Source: Citrobacter phage Shae_phiSM
Direction: 5' to 3' (one strand)
Sequence record: OR565851
DNA length: 36,753 nt
Below the pieces are notes generated by a model. That model was not told where the DNA came from. It was given only the letters and a program-made list of their open reading frames with translations, and searched no databases. This document shows, piece by piece, positions 1 to 9,154 of this stretch. Position numbers and translations under genes: made by a program. Each line of letters begins with the position of its first letter. Position 1 is the first letter of the stretch.

Positions 1-93
1 ATCCTTGTTGATGAAAAAAATGATTACTTAATTTATTGATTTAAAAGGATTTATGTCGGCGCGTGTCCACGCAGTGACCACATTTTCGAGTTA

Positions 94-135
94 CAGATAA
101 CACAAAGCCCGTTTTCACGGGCTTTGTGTTATCTG
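94..135. repeat. perfect inverted repeat with 18-bp arms and 6-nt loop, downstream of the 297-aa ORF
   Basis: cagataacacaaagcccg / ttttca / cgggctttgtgttatctg; arms are exact reverse complements. No clear U-tract on either strand, so a terminator role is uncertain; could be an att-associated or REP-like palindrome. Confidence 0.5.
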
Positions 136-164
136 TGATTGTGGCTAAGCCACATGATTTAATA

Positions 165-1058
165 CTATTTCCAGTTACAAGCAGCTTGAAGCGGTTTTAG
201 CGCGTTTGACAGGCCGTTTAAATTGAAAGTTGCACTTACGGGGCTCTCATTATAAGGCGTTATTTTTGTATACATTTTGCTTGAGTTGGCTAGTTTTCGG
301 ATGAAATCAATGTCATTACCTTTATAAAAAACAGCCTTTGTATCTGTAGATACTAGCCAGTTTCGCTCAACTGCTTTCTGTTTATCAAGGCGATAAAGCA
401 TGCTGGTTTGTTCAAGGCCTAAATATACATCCCAACTAAGAAATACTTCGGTTTTCTTTTCTCGGCAAGCTATAAAAAGAGTAGGAGTAACCGCTTCTCC
501 AAATGGAGTTCTGATATAATCATCACTTTCTAACGATAAAATTACATTTTTCGAATCATCAATTGGCGATGTAGTAATGGATGTGTGCCATTTTCCTACA
601 TCTGTGGCTTTCTCTAATTTTGATTCAGCTTGAACGATTTTATCCTGTGGGAATAGTTTATCGTAGCAGTTTAGTCTGGCTTCTTTATCATTTTCTGCAC
701 GACATTTAGATATCTCAGAAAGATTTGGTTGCTGAGCCTCTGTTGTTACTGGCTTTTCCGTTTTAGATTTTGAGTTTACAGATGGAGTAAATGTTGGAGA
801 AAAGAAACGATCATAACAAGATAAACGTCTATCATCATCTTTCTCATCAGGGCATTGATCTCTGCTTTCGAATTTTTCAGCAACTTTCGTTCGAGTCGGT
901 TGTATTGACTTATCGTAACAAGAAAGTCTGTCTTTATTATTTTCTATTGCTCGGCACTGGAGTACTGCATTGAAGTTCTTATGTTCAGTTGCTGCGTGAA
1001 CAGGCAGTACACTAATTGATATAAATGATGCACCTATAGAAAAAATTATATTTTTCAT
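165..1058 (-). CDS. secreted protein with three Cys-containing repeats and a ~150-aa C-terminal domain, function unknown
   Basis: 297-aa ORF; N-terminal signal peptide MKNIIFSIGASFISISVLPVHA; three repeats of C-x(9-10)-RL-x-CYD-[KR]; SD AAGGG upstream; about 35% GC, far below the phage backbone. Confidence 0.75.
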   Translation of the reverse strand: MKNIIFSIGASFISISVLPVHAATEHKNFNAVLQCRAIENNKDRLSCYDKSIQPTRTKVAEKFESRDQCPDEKDDDRRLSCYDRFFSPTFTPSVNSKSKTEKPVTTEAQQPNLSEISKCRAENDKEARLNCYDKLFPQDKIVQAESKLEKATDVGKWHTSITTSPIDDSKNVILSLESDDYIRTPFGEAVTPTLFIACREKKTEVFLSWDVYLGLEQTSMLYRLDKQKAVERNWLVSTDTKAVFYKGNDIDFIRKLANSSKMYTKITPYNESPVSATFNLNGLSNALKPLQAACNWK

Positions 1059-1062
1059 TTTA

Positions 1063-1395
1063 TTATCCCTTTGGTTTAGTAAGAAATACTAAAATTCCGA
1101 TAATGATATCGCCAATAACCCATAAGCTTCCAATGGTAATTAAACCTAAGCCCGTACCAATAACTGCACCGGCTTTTTCGGCATCGGATGTGGCATTATT
1201 TATTATTTCACTAGTGCCTCCTAGTCCAACTAAAAGCGTATAGATCATAAAAATATTAAATAATATAAAAACCCACTTAATGACCCGTCCAAAAAATGAA
1301 CGCTTAAGTTTTTGCAGTTGTTTACCACAAGCAGGGCAATACAATGCTGAATCGCTCACCTCTTTCTGGCATTCAGGACATTTGATTAATGCCAT
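1063..1395 (-). CDS. zinc-ribbon membrane protein (CPxC...CPxC followed by three predicted TM helices), function unknown
   Basis: ORF 1063..1440 trimmed to ATG at 1395, which has a strong SD AAGGAGG; N-terminus MALIKCPECQKEVSDSALYCPACG; hydrophobic C-terminal two thirds; stop is 4 nt before the start of the 297-aa ORF (operon). Confidence 0.7.
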   Translation of the reverse strand: MALIKCPECQKEVSDSALYCPACGKQLQKLKRSFFGRVIKWVFILFNIFMIYTLLVGLGGTSEIINNATSDAEKAGAVIGTGLGLITIGSLWVIGDIIIGILVFLTKPKG

Positions 1396-1659
1396 GTAAT
1401 CCGCCTCCTTTGGATTAATACGAGTTGATATTTGTGACAAAACATTTTGATTTTATCAGATTTATTTTTATTGATAAGTGTCAATTTATTAGCTGGTATA
1501 TAGAGTGAGGCATATAGAAGGGCTGGTCTGTATCAGTATGTGATGCAAAAATCCCACAGTTTCATGGAATTTTTGCATTTAGAGCTGTGAGATAGGGTGC
1601 CTTATCGACCTTACCCTAGCAACCGATTGACGGGGGATTACTCCCCCGTCGCGGTTTCC

Positions 1660-1800
1660 TTACTGCTTACACTGTAAGAACGCCGCAAACTCCGCTCCCC
1701 AGAAGCTCATCCGTATTTCACACAGCGAACCGTGTAGCATCCAGATGATGAGGATTGCCGTCACGCAGAATGTGATGGCCATAAGCGATTTTTGCGACAT
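1660..1800 (-). CDS. hok: Hok/Gef-family type I toxin-like small membrane peptide (46 aa)
   Basis: Hand translation: MSQKSLMAITFCVTAILIIWMLHGSLCEIRMSFWGAEFAAFLQCKQ. One TM segment followed by SLCEIR...E-x-AAF, matching the Hok/Gef pattern as I remember it; SD AAGGAG 8 nt upstream; perfect hairpin gacggggga-tta-ctcccccgtc at 1629-1650 just past the stop. Below the ORF-track length cutoff. Confidence 0.5.
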   Translation of the reverse strand: MSQKSLMAITFCVTAILIIWMLHGSLCEIRMSFWGAEFAAFLQCKQ

Positions 1801-1930
1801 AGCGCTTGCTCCTTTTTTGGGGAGGCGCTAACCTATCACTTGCTAAGGTTAGATGGTCAGGGCCTCGGTTAAACAGAAATGTTTTCCGGGGCCTTTCCAC
1901 ATCTGGCCTTCGGGCATTCCCTCCGACCAT
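1718..1930 (-). other. overlapping 70-codon frame in mok-like position relative to the hok-like ORF
   Basis: 70-aa ORF starting 130 nt upstream of the hok-like ATG and ending inside it in another frame, like mok in hok/mok/sok loci; no sequence similarity claimed. Confidence 0.25.
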
Positions 1931-1990
1931 CAGCCGAAAGGCACCCGCGCGTAATCTATCGCTTTTTTGTTACTCCGGCAATTCTGCCTG

Positions 1991-2251
1991 TTAATTCTGA
2001 GGTAAAGGCAAACTCATCTGATTGTTTCCCCTGTGTGAAGCTGGCAGCTCATGCCACGGGATACCTTCTGAAGAGTGAACGCCGGAGGCGTGTTTCGATG
2101 TGAATTTATGGAAAGCTTCCAGTGTTGAGAAGCATACGCCGCATTCCAGATTGTTACACTGGTAATACTTTTGCCGCACGGTGTTTGAATCATTTTCCGG
2201 ACGACTGGTGCGGATACGGGCAGATGCGCCACAAAGCGGACAACGGAACAT
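1991..2251 (-). CDS. ogr: Ogr/Delta-family zinc-finger late transcription activator
   Basis: MFRCPLCGASARIRTSR...YYQCNNLEC: CxxC...CxxxxC motif and N-terminal similarity to P2 Ogr; SD AGGGAGG before the ATG at 2251; C-terminus is longer and divergent. Confidence 0.8.
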   Translation of the reverse strand: MFRCPLCGASARIRTSRPENDSNTVRQKYYQCNNLECGVCFSTLEAFHKFTSKHASGVHSSEGIPWHELPASHRGNNQMSLPLPQN

Positions 2252-2293
2252 AGCGACCTCCCTTAACGTGGTGCTGCCGCTATTCTAAGTTGC

Positions 2294-3403
2294 TCACTCT
2301 GTTTCCGCTATCCATTCCGGGATTTTTGCCTCAAGCTCAAGCTGCGTGGTAAAGCCGCTGTTATCAATGGTGTGCTCGGCTTTTGCAATAATCCAGTCCT
2401 GATTATCAATCTCGCTTTTAAATCCTGTTACCGTGCCATGCATTTCGGGGTAGAGTTCTGCGCGTCCACGTGCCAGTGTGATGGAGAATGATGCGGCTCC
2501 GCGTTGTAGCTGCTGCCACTTTGCCGCCGCTGCGCGTCTTGCTGCCTGCTCGTTCTGATAAGTCTTGCGTAACACAAACACATTGCCTTCTGCGCCTTCC
2601 ATATAATCACCTTCACGGCTGCTGCTTTTCTCTTTTTTGGGTTTTGGCGGTTTGCGGCGTTTCACGCTGACTTTTTTCTTTTTCCCGTAATTAAGATCAA
2701 GCCAGTAGGCGCGTACCCCCGTATACGCCTCGCGGTCAGCAATGCGGAACTGATGGCGATCGCTGCTGCTGCGTGTGATGGCGAACGATGGCAACGGCTG
2801 GCCCTGTGCGTTCACGCCACCGCCGGGCATGATGAATAACAGATTACCTCTTTTTACCGTGGTGATTGCACCCAACATTTCCGCCATGCGCGTAAGGAAG
2901 GACATGTCGCTTTCTTCGGTCTGGTCGGCGTGGTCGATTTCGATATCCATCAGCATTTCGCTGATTTGCGGTTTCAGACCATACCGATGAGCGATGGCGG
3001 ATACCACGCGCTCAACGGTCACATCATGCCAGGACACCTCACGTTTAACGTTAAATTCATCCCGAAAATCTGCGCTTCTGGCTGAAACCGTCAGCCTGTC
3101 CGGCGGTCCTTCGTGAGCGATTTCATCAACAATGTAAGTGCCTTTTTCTGTCAGCGGTTCTCCTTTCCAGCCAATGAGAACCGTCAGGCGCGCGCCCCGT
3201 GGCGGTAGCTGCAACTGACCATCTGCATCATCCATCGTGATGGTGAGCTGGTCCGCCTCAAATCCCCGGTTGTCGGTCAGTGACAGGCTCATCAGGCGCT
3301 CTGCCACGCCTGACAGCGTTTTACCCTCCGCGAGAATATCAAAATCCGGCATTTTCACGGGGTCTGTGCCCTGACTGAGCAATTGCATGGTGGTGTCGGT
3401 CAT
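2294..3403 (-). CDS. D: tail protein D (late control gene D family)
   Basis: ORF 2294..3535 trimmed to the ATG at 3403 (MTDTTMQLLSQ...) preceded by SD GGAGGG; gpD-like length and lysine-rich mid region; lies directly upstream of ogr as in P2. Confidence 0.8.
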   Translation of the reverse strand: MTDTTMQLLSQGTDPVKMPDFDILAEGKTLSGVAERLMSLSLTDNRGFEADQLTITMDDADGQLQLPPRGARLTVLIGWKGEPLTEKGTYIVDEIAHEGPPDRLTVSARSADFRDEFNVKREVSWHDVTVERVVSAIAHRYGLKPQISEMLMDIEIDHADQTEESDMSFLTRMAEMLGAITTVKRGNLLFIMPGGGVNAQGQPLPSFAITRSSSDRHQFRIADREAYTGVRAYWLDLNYGKKKKVSVKRRKPPKPKKEKSSSREGDYMEGAEGNVFVLRKTYQNEQAARRAAAAKWQQLQRGAASFSITLARGRAELYPEMHGTVTGFKSEIDNQDWIIAKAEHTIDNSGFTTQLELEAKIPEWIAETE

Positions 3404-3560
3404 CTGTTCCCTCCCTGTGCGGCATGGTCGCATGTGCGTGCGGAGGGGGTTACTGCTTTTTGTTGTCGCCGGGTCGGGAGAACGGCGCAGGGGTGAGATT
3501 ACGCGCGTGGTAGGTGATGATTGTTGCTGAATCATTTAACGGATACAAGGGGCTGAAGCT
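3404..3560. promoter_or_regulatory. divergent intergenic region between D and FI, presumed to hold late promoters
   Basis: 157-bp gap between divergently oriented D and FI starts; I could not identify an Ogr-type TGT-N12-ACA dyad by eye. Confidence 0.3.
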
Positions 3561-4745
3561 ATGAGTGAAACTCGTTTTCATGGTGCCCGTGTTACGGAAA
3601 ATACCGACCTGGTAACAGCGATTAACGATGTTGATTCCAGCGTTATCGGTATCGTGGCAACGGCGGATGATGCGGACGCGGAGCTGTTCCCGCTGAACAA
3701 GCCCACACTGCTGACCCGCGTCAATGACGTGCTGGGAAAATGCGGAACAACGGGGACGCTTTATCGTGCGCTTAAGGCCATCGCAGACCAGGTGAGCACA
3801 AAGGTGATCGTCGTTCGCGTGGCTGAACACAAAGAAGAAGACGGAAAGACGCAGGATCAACTGGTTATCGGTGGTTCTGAGGATGACGGCAGCTATACGG
3901 GGATGTATGCGCTGCTTGTTGCAGAGCAGGATGAAAGCATCGGATACCGTCCGCGTATTCTGGCCGCGCCGGAGCTGGACACGGAGGCGGTAACAAAATC
4001 CCTGTGCGTGATTGCGGGTAAACTGCGCGCGTTTGTGTATGCCACATGTCATGGTTGTAACACGATGGCTGAGGCGATTACCTACCGCCAGAAATTCAAC
4101 GAACGTGAGGTGATGCTCTTATGGCCTGACTTCATCGCCTACAACCCGAAAAGTGGCAAAAACGAAACGTTCCCCGCGCCTGCTTATGCGTGCGGCCTTC
4201 GTGCGTACATTGACCATGAGCAGGGCTGGCACAAATCGCTGTCCAACGTTCCGGTTAAAAATGTGCTGGGAATGTCCAGGCATGTGTTCTGGTCGTTGCA
4301 GGCCGAAGACAGTGATGCCAACAGCCTCAATAACAAAGAAATCACGACCATTATTCGTCGCAACGGGCTCCGCTTCTGGGGCAACCGCACACCGGAAACG
4401 AACGCCTACATCTTTGAGGTGTATACCCGAACCGCACAGGTGCTGGCTGATTCAATTGCGGAAGCGCAGTTTGAAACCATCGACAGTCCACTGACGCCTG
4501 CGAACGTGAAGGATGTTATCAGTGCCATCAGGGCAAAACTGGATTCGCTGGTTACTGCCGGGAAACTGATTGGTGCGGAGTGCTGGTATGACGTGGTGGA
4601 TAACGGCACCACGAATTTACGTCAGGGACGTGTGCGTATTCGCTACAAATATACGCCCGTTCCGCCACTGGAAGACATGGAGCTTTACCAGACGTTTACT
4701 GATGAATTCTTTGGTCCCGCATTTGCGGTGCTGGGAGGTGCCTGA
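3561..4745 (+). CDS. FI: contractile tail sheath protein
   Basis: 394-aa ORF with SD AAGGGG; P2 FI-like sequence and size; stop overlaps the FII start (ATGA). Confidence 0.9.
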   Translation: MSETRFHGARVTENTDLVTAINDVDSSVIGIVATADDADAELFPLNKPTLLTRVNDVLGKCGTTGTLYRALKAIADQVSTKVIVVRVAEHKEEDGKTQDQLVIGGSEDDGSYTGMYALLVAEQDESIGYRPRILAAPELDTEAVTKSLCVIAGKLRAFVYATCHGCNTMAEAITYRQKFNEREVMLLWPDFIAYNPKSGKNETFPAPAYACGLRAYIDHEQGWHKSLSNVPVKNVLGMSRHVFWSLQAEDSDANSLNNKEITTIIRRNGLRFWGNRTPETNAYIFEVYTRTAQVLADSIAEAQFETIDSPLTPANVKDVISAIRAKLDSLVTAGKLIGAECWYDVVDNGTTNLRQGRVRIRYKYTPVPPLEDMELYQTFTDEFFGPAFAVLGGA

Positions 4746-5257
4746 TGGCTGTACCAAAACATCTTCGCTTTTTTACGTTGTTTGTGGATGGTGAAAACGA
4801 AGTGGGTAAAGTGACATCCGTCACGCCGCCCAAACTGACGCGCAAAACCGACAGCTATCGTGGTGGTGGCATGATGGGGGCGGTAAGTATTGATCTCGGT
4901 CTGGACGACTCCGCGCTTGATGCGAGTTTTGTTATGGGGGGAGCTGTTCGTGCGCTGTTCCTTAAATATGGCGGCACGATTGACGGCACGCTGCTGCGTT
5001 TTGCGGGTGAATACTACACCGATGCAGAAAGCGATCTGTATGAAATCGAGATGCGCGGGCGTGTGACGGAAATTGATATGGGGGAAGCCAAACAGGGCGA
5101 AGCCACATCACACACTTACGCTGTCAAAAACACCTACTACAAGCTGAGCGTTAACGATCGCCCGCTGTGGGAAATCGACCTGTTGAACCACATCTACCGG
5201 AAGGACGGCAAGGACATTGTGCCTGACCGTATCCGTTCCGCGCTTGGGCTTGGCTGA
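4745..5257 (+). CDS. FII: tail tube protein
   Basis: 170-aa ORF immediately after the sheath gene; P2 FII-like. Confidence 0.9.
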   Translation: MAVPKHLRFFTLFVDGENEVGKVTSVTPPKLTRKTDSYRGGGMMGAVSIDLGLDDSALDASFVMGGAVRALFLKYGGTIDGTLLRFAGEYYTDAESDLYEIEMRGRVTEIDMGEAKQGEATSHTYAVKNTYYKLSVNDRPLWEIDLLNHIYRKDGKDIVPDRIRSALGLG

Positions 5258-5312
5258 TAAGTAATATGCAGGCGGCGCAGTGCGTCGCCTCTGACTGAAA
5301 AGGAGACAACTG

Positions 5313-5687
5313 ATGAAAGACATCGATACTGAAACCCGGAATAACACCGTGGCGGATGATGTGACGGCAGGTGAGGATATGGCTGTCGAACGTGGCGTAA
5401 AACTGACCCGACCAATTGAGCGTGGTGGCGAAAAAATCACGTATGTGGAGATCACCGGGGCTATTGAGCAGGCTGGATCCCTGCGTGGTCTGTCGCTGTC
5501 TGATGTGCTGAATCTGAAAGCGGATACCATGTTCACGCTGTTGCCTCGCGTGACCTCGCCACGACTGGATGAAGTGATGATTAAAAAAATGTCGTCACGC
5601 GATTTTATTCAGTTGTGCGCTGTGGCTGTAAATTTTATGAGCGAGCCAGACTCTGGCGCGAAGAGCGTGCAGGAGACGGCAGCGTAA
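5313..5687 (+). CDS. E: tail assembly chaperone E
   Basis: 124-aa ORF with SD AAGGAGA, located between tube and tape-measure genes. Confidence 0.85.
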   Translation: MKDIDTETRNNTVADDVTAGEDMAVERGVKLTRPIERGGEKITYVEITGAIEQAGSLRGLSLSDVLNLKADTMFTLLPRVTSPRLDEVMIKKMSSRDFIQLCAVAVNFMSEPDSGAKSVQETAA

Positions 5688-5851
5688 TCACCCTGGTGTG
5701 CTTTGAGCACATCGAAGATCTGGTGGCGGATATTGCCGCTATTTTTAACTGGTCGCCCGCCGAAATCTTCATGATGACGCCCGGCGAAGTGGTTAGCTGG
5801 CGCGAGCGGGCGGCACTTCGCAGCGGGAATGCAGATAATGAAGACTCTTGA
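5582..5851 (+). CDS. E': E' extension made by programmed -1 frameshift (E+E' fusion)
   Basis: -1 frame is open from 5585 (stop at 5582-5584 just upstream) to 5851 and overlaps the start of T; the A7 run at 5583-5589 (tt-aaaaaaa-tg) lies in the E frame at the overlap; same layout as E/E' in P2 and G/GT in lambda. Confidence 0.6.
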
Positions 5852-8645
5852 TATCCGGGTCGCTTTCAGCGCCGTTGACAGGCTGACCCGGCCTGCCGAA
5901 AACGCCCGCCGCCTGATGGGGCAGTTTGGTGACTCCATCCAGCGAACTCAGGGGGCGATCAAAAATCTCGAGCGTCAGGCGCGTTCATTTGAGCGCGCCC
6001 GTGACGCTGTCAGTAAAGCGGATGCTGGCATATTGAAAGCACGACGCCAGCTTAACGCCCTTAATCAGTTACAACGCACGGGTACAGTGCTCAGCGAAAA
6101 ACAACAAAAGCTGATGCAGCAGTTAAGCACCCGGCTTGAACGCCTGAATGAATCGCGCACACGGGAAATTCAGAAAATGCGGGAACTTGGCGGAGAGCTG
6201 AAACGCCACGGCATTTCCCTGACAGGCAGCGATAACACCATCCAGCAGGCCATCAGACGCACCGAACAGTATAACAACCAGCTTGAACGCGAACGGCAGG
6301 CGCTTGCGCGTGTAACGCGGGCGCGTGAGCGGTATTCGCGCGCGCAGGAAACAGCGGGAAAACTGAAAACAGGTGGTGCGCTGGCAATTGGTGCGGCAGC
6401 GGCGGGCGGCTATGCTGCCGGGCGTTTTTTGCAGCCTGCGATCGGGTTCGGCAAAGAGATGTCCCGCGTTCAGGCACTGACGCGAATCGACCAGAACAGC
6501 CCGCAGTTTAAGGCGATGCGTGAGCAGGCGTTAAAACTTGGCTCTGAAACGCAGTTCACCGCAGGCGATGCCGCCAGTGGACAGGCATTTCTTGCAATGG
6601 CTGGCTTCACTCCGCAGGCCATTCAGGCTGCGCTTCCCGGCGTGCTGAGCATGGCAACGGCTGGCGGTATGGATCTCGGCGAGACGGCAGATATTGGCTC
6701 AAATATCCTGACGCAGTTCGGCCTTTCTGCTGACCAGATGGACCGGGTCGGTGACACACTCACCGCAGCGTTTACCCGTACCAACACTGACCTTCGCGCA
6801 CTGGGCGAAACCATGAAATATGCAGGTCCGGTGGCGGGCAAGCTGGGAATATCGCTGGAGCAGGCCGCAGCGATGGCGGGCGTGCTGGCGAATATGGGTA
6901 TCAGGGGAAGTGATGCCGGGACGGCAATGCGTGCCAGCCTGGCTCGTCTGGCATCACCGCCAAAGGCGGCAGCAGAGGCGCTGAAAGAGCTGGGCGTGTC
7001 TGTCTCGGATGCCGGGGGCAAAATGCGCCCGATGGAGGATGTGCTGGCCGACCTTTATAAAGCCACCCGCAAATACGGGGAAGTTGACCGGGTATCGTTC
7101 TTTAAGGACATTGCCGGAGAAGAGGCTTTCACATCGTTTATGGCGCTCGTTGATGCAGCGGGTGACGGTTCCTTACCCAAACTGAGAAAAGAACTTGAAG
7201 GCGCGCGCGGTGAGGCTGAACGCACAGCAAAGGTTATGGCCAACAACCTTGACGGCGATCTGAAATCACTCGGCAGTGCATGGGAAGGGGTGCGCATCCG
7301 CATTGCAGATCTGATTGACGGTCCGCTGCGTTCTGTCACGCAGTGGCTCACGCGGGTGGTATCAAGGGTGACGGCGCTGGCGCAGGCCCATCCGGCACTG
7401 ACGCGCCAGCTACTGATAGCAGGCGGTGCGTTGCTGGCAATGACTGCAACGGTTGGCTCGTTGTCGCTGGCTATTGGTGTGCTTGCTGGTCCGCTGGCAA
7501 AACTGCGTCTTGGTTTTTCTCTCCTGACCGGATCAATGAATGCTGTCATGGTCCTGCCAGCGCTGTGGGGAATGGTGACGGGTTCCGTTTCTTTACTGGG
7601 AGGCGCTATCGGGGCGCTGTTCAGTCCGGTTGGTCTTATCGTGGCTGCGCTTGCCGGAGCTGCCGTTCTTATCTGGAAATACTGGGATCCCATCAGGGCA
7701 TTTTTTGCCGGGGTGTTCAGCGGGATTATGGAAAGGCTGACCCCGCTGCGCGAAACCTTTGAACGGTTTGGTCCTGTTTTTGACGCAGTCGGAAGCGGGA
7801 TCAGCCAGGTGTTTAACTGGTTTAAATCGCTGCTGTCACCGATGGAGTCCAGCAAGGAAACGCTGGATAAATGTACCAGTGCTGGCGAGATATTCGGTAA
7901 CGTTCTTGGCGGTGCGTTACAGCTTGTTCTGACACCTGCAAAAATGCTACTGGATACGCTGGCGTGGATACTTGAAAAACTTGGCGTCCTTCCGGATGAA
8001 GCGGAAAAGGCGCGCAAGAAAATCGAAGACGCACAGCGTGCGGCCATTCTTCAGGACAAGGTTGCCTTGCTTCAGGGGGACCTGGCGAAAATCAATCCGC
8101 CGAAGCCTGTGGAAAATGGCAATGGCACCGGAGGTGATAAACCCAAAGACAACAAACCGCTCACAGACAGCAATACCGGGACGCTACGCAGACTCAGCAA
8201 AATTGCTGATAACACAGGTAAGCTGGTTGATGAGACGAAAAAACGCATTGGCCCCGGCGATATTGTCTTTAAGAACCTGCCCCGCGCACTGGCTGTTCGT
8301 GGGGAGTGGCAGGAGCGGAAGATTGCGCAGGTCAGTAAGCCTGCCCCCGCAATTAATATCACACCCGTGGTCCCGGCTCCGCTGCCTCCGGCGCTGGTCC
8401 CTGTTGTTGCGGCCAGCTCCCGCCCGGTGGCGGAGGCCATACGATCGCCAGTGGCATCAGTTCCTGCAGCTTCCCGTAATCGGGAGCCGGTTGCCTCCGG
8501 ATTTGGCGGTGAAATTCATGTTCATCTGCATAACGTTGTTACGCAGAATCCCCGCGAACTTGCGAAACTGGTCGGTGAAATGGTCAGGGCAGAAATGGAA
8601 CGGCGCGCCCGTGCCGGGCGTGGCAGTTTTTACGATAAAGATTGA
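5829..8645 (+). CDS. T: tail tape measure protein
   Basis: 938-aa ORF, coiled-coil-rich N-terminus, Ala/Gly-rich hydrophobic middle; position after E/E'. Confidence 0.9.
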   Translation: MQIMKTLDIRVAFSAVDRLTRPAENARRLMGQFGDSIQRTQGAIKNLERQARSFERARDAVSKADAGILKARRQLNALNQLQRTGTVLSEKQQKLMQQLSTRLERLNESRTREIQKMRELGGELKRHGISLTGSDNTIQQAIRRTEQYNNQLERERQALARVTRARERYSRAQETAGKLKTGGALAIGAAAAGGYAAGRFLQPAIGFGKEMSRVQALTRIDQNSPQFKAMREQALKLGSETQFTAGDAASGQAFLAMAGFTPQAIQAALPGVLSMATAGGMDLGETADIGSNILTQFGLSADQMDRVGDTLTAAFTRTNTDLRALGETMKYAGPVAGKLGISLEQAAAMAGVLANMGIRGSDAGTAMRASLARLASPPKAAAEALKELGVSVSDAGGKMRPMEDVLADLYKATRKYGEVDRVSFFKDIAGEEAFTSFMALVDAAGDGSLPKLRKELEGARGEAERTAKVMANNLDGDLKSLGSAWEGVRIRIADLIDGPLRSVTQWLTRVVSRVTALAQAHPALTRQLLIAGGALLAMTATVGSLSLAIGVLAGPLAKLRLGFSLLTGSMNAVMVLPALWGMVTGSVSLLGGAIGALFSPVGLIVAALAGAAVLIWKYWDPIRAFFAGVFSGIMERLTPLRETFERFGPVFDAVGSGISQVFNWFKSLLSPMESSKETLDKCTSAGEIFGNVLGGALQLVLTPAKMLLDTLAWILEKLGVLPDEAEKARKKIEDAQRAAILQDKVALLQGDLAKINPPKPVENGNGTGGDKPKDNKPLTDSNTGTLRRLSKIADNTGKLVDETKKRIGPGDIVFKNLPRALAVRGEWQERKIAQVSKPAPAINITPVVPAPLPPALVPVVAASSRPVAEAIRSPVASVPAASRNREPVASGFGGEIHVHLHNVVTQNPRELAKLVGEMVRAEMERRARAGRGSFYDKD

Positions 8646-8657
8646 GGAGTCATGGCC

Positions 8658-9146
8658 ATGATGATGATCTACGGCATGTTTGTTTTTGAGCTGCGCACGC
8701 TGCCGCATCAGCAGTTACAGCAAAACAAAAGCTGGCGGCATGTGAAAAATGAACGCGTTAACCGTTCAGCAAGCTGGCAGTATATCGGTGCAGGAGATGA
8801 TCGCATCGTTCTTTCTGGTGTGCTTTATCCTGAAATTACAGGTGGCGAAGTATCGCTGTCGCTGCTGACCACGCAGGCGTATACAGGACGACCCTGGCCT
8901 CTGATTGATGGCGTCGGGCAGATTTACGGCATGTATGTGCTGACTGAAACGAATACGACCCGTTCCGAGTTTGATCGCTACGGTAAGGCGAAAAAGATAG
9001 AATTTTCACTGACCCTTGAACGCTGTGATGAGGATTTGCGGGAGCGCCTGCAATCCTCATCGTTCAGTGATATGCTATCCGGCTTCAAAGATAAGGTGAC
9101 ATCATCTCTTAACAGCGCGGCCAGTTCAGTTAAAGGGCTGTTCTGA
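8658..9146 (+). CDS. U: tail protein U
   Basis: MMMIYGMFVFELRTLPHQQ...; SD GAGGAG sits 8 nt before the ATG at 8658 (ORF track begins at 8652); P2 gpU-like size. Confidence 0.85.
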   Translation: MMMIYGMFVFELRTLPHQQLQQNKSWRHVKNERVNRSASWQYIGAGDDRIVLSGVLYPEITGGEVSLSLLTTQAYTGRPWPLIDGVGQIYGMYVLTETNTTRSEFDRYGKAKKIEFSLTLERCDEDLRERLQSSSFSDMLSGFKDKVTSSLNSAASSVKGLF

Positions 9147-9154
9147 TTTAACAC

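Noticed and set aside
2014-2232. 72-aa ORF in a second frame overlapping ogr
   Set aside because: The zinc-finger motif and RBS support the 1991..2251 frame; this one is likely a shadow frame, though a sequencing frameshift in ogr cannot be excluded.
3450-4052. 200-aa minus-strand ORF overlapping the start of the sheath gene
   Set aside because: Antisense to a well-supported structural gene; a long open frame is expected in GC-rich DNA; no RBS or recognisable features.
7055-8047. 330-aa minus-strand ORF and other ORFs inside the tape-measure gene
   Set aside because: Low-complexity Ser/Ala/Pro-rich antisense translations of the GC-rich tape-measure gene; not credible genes.
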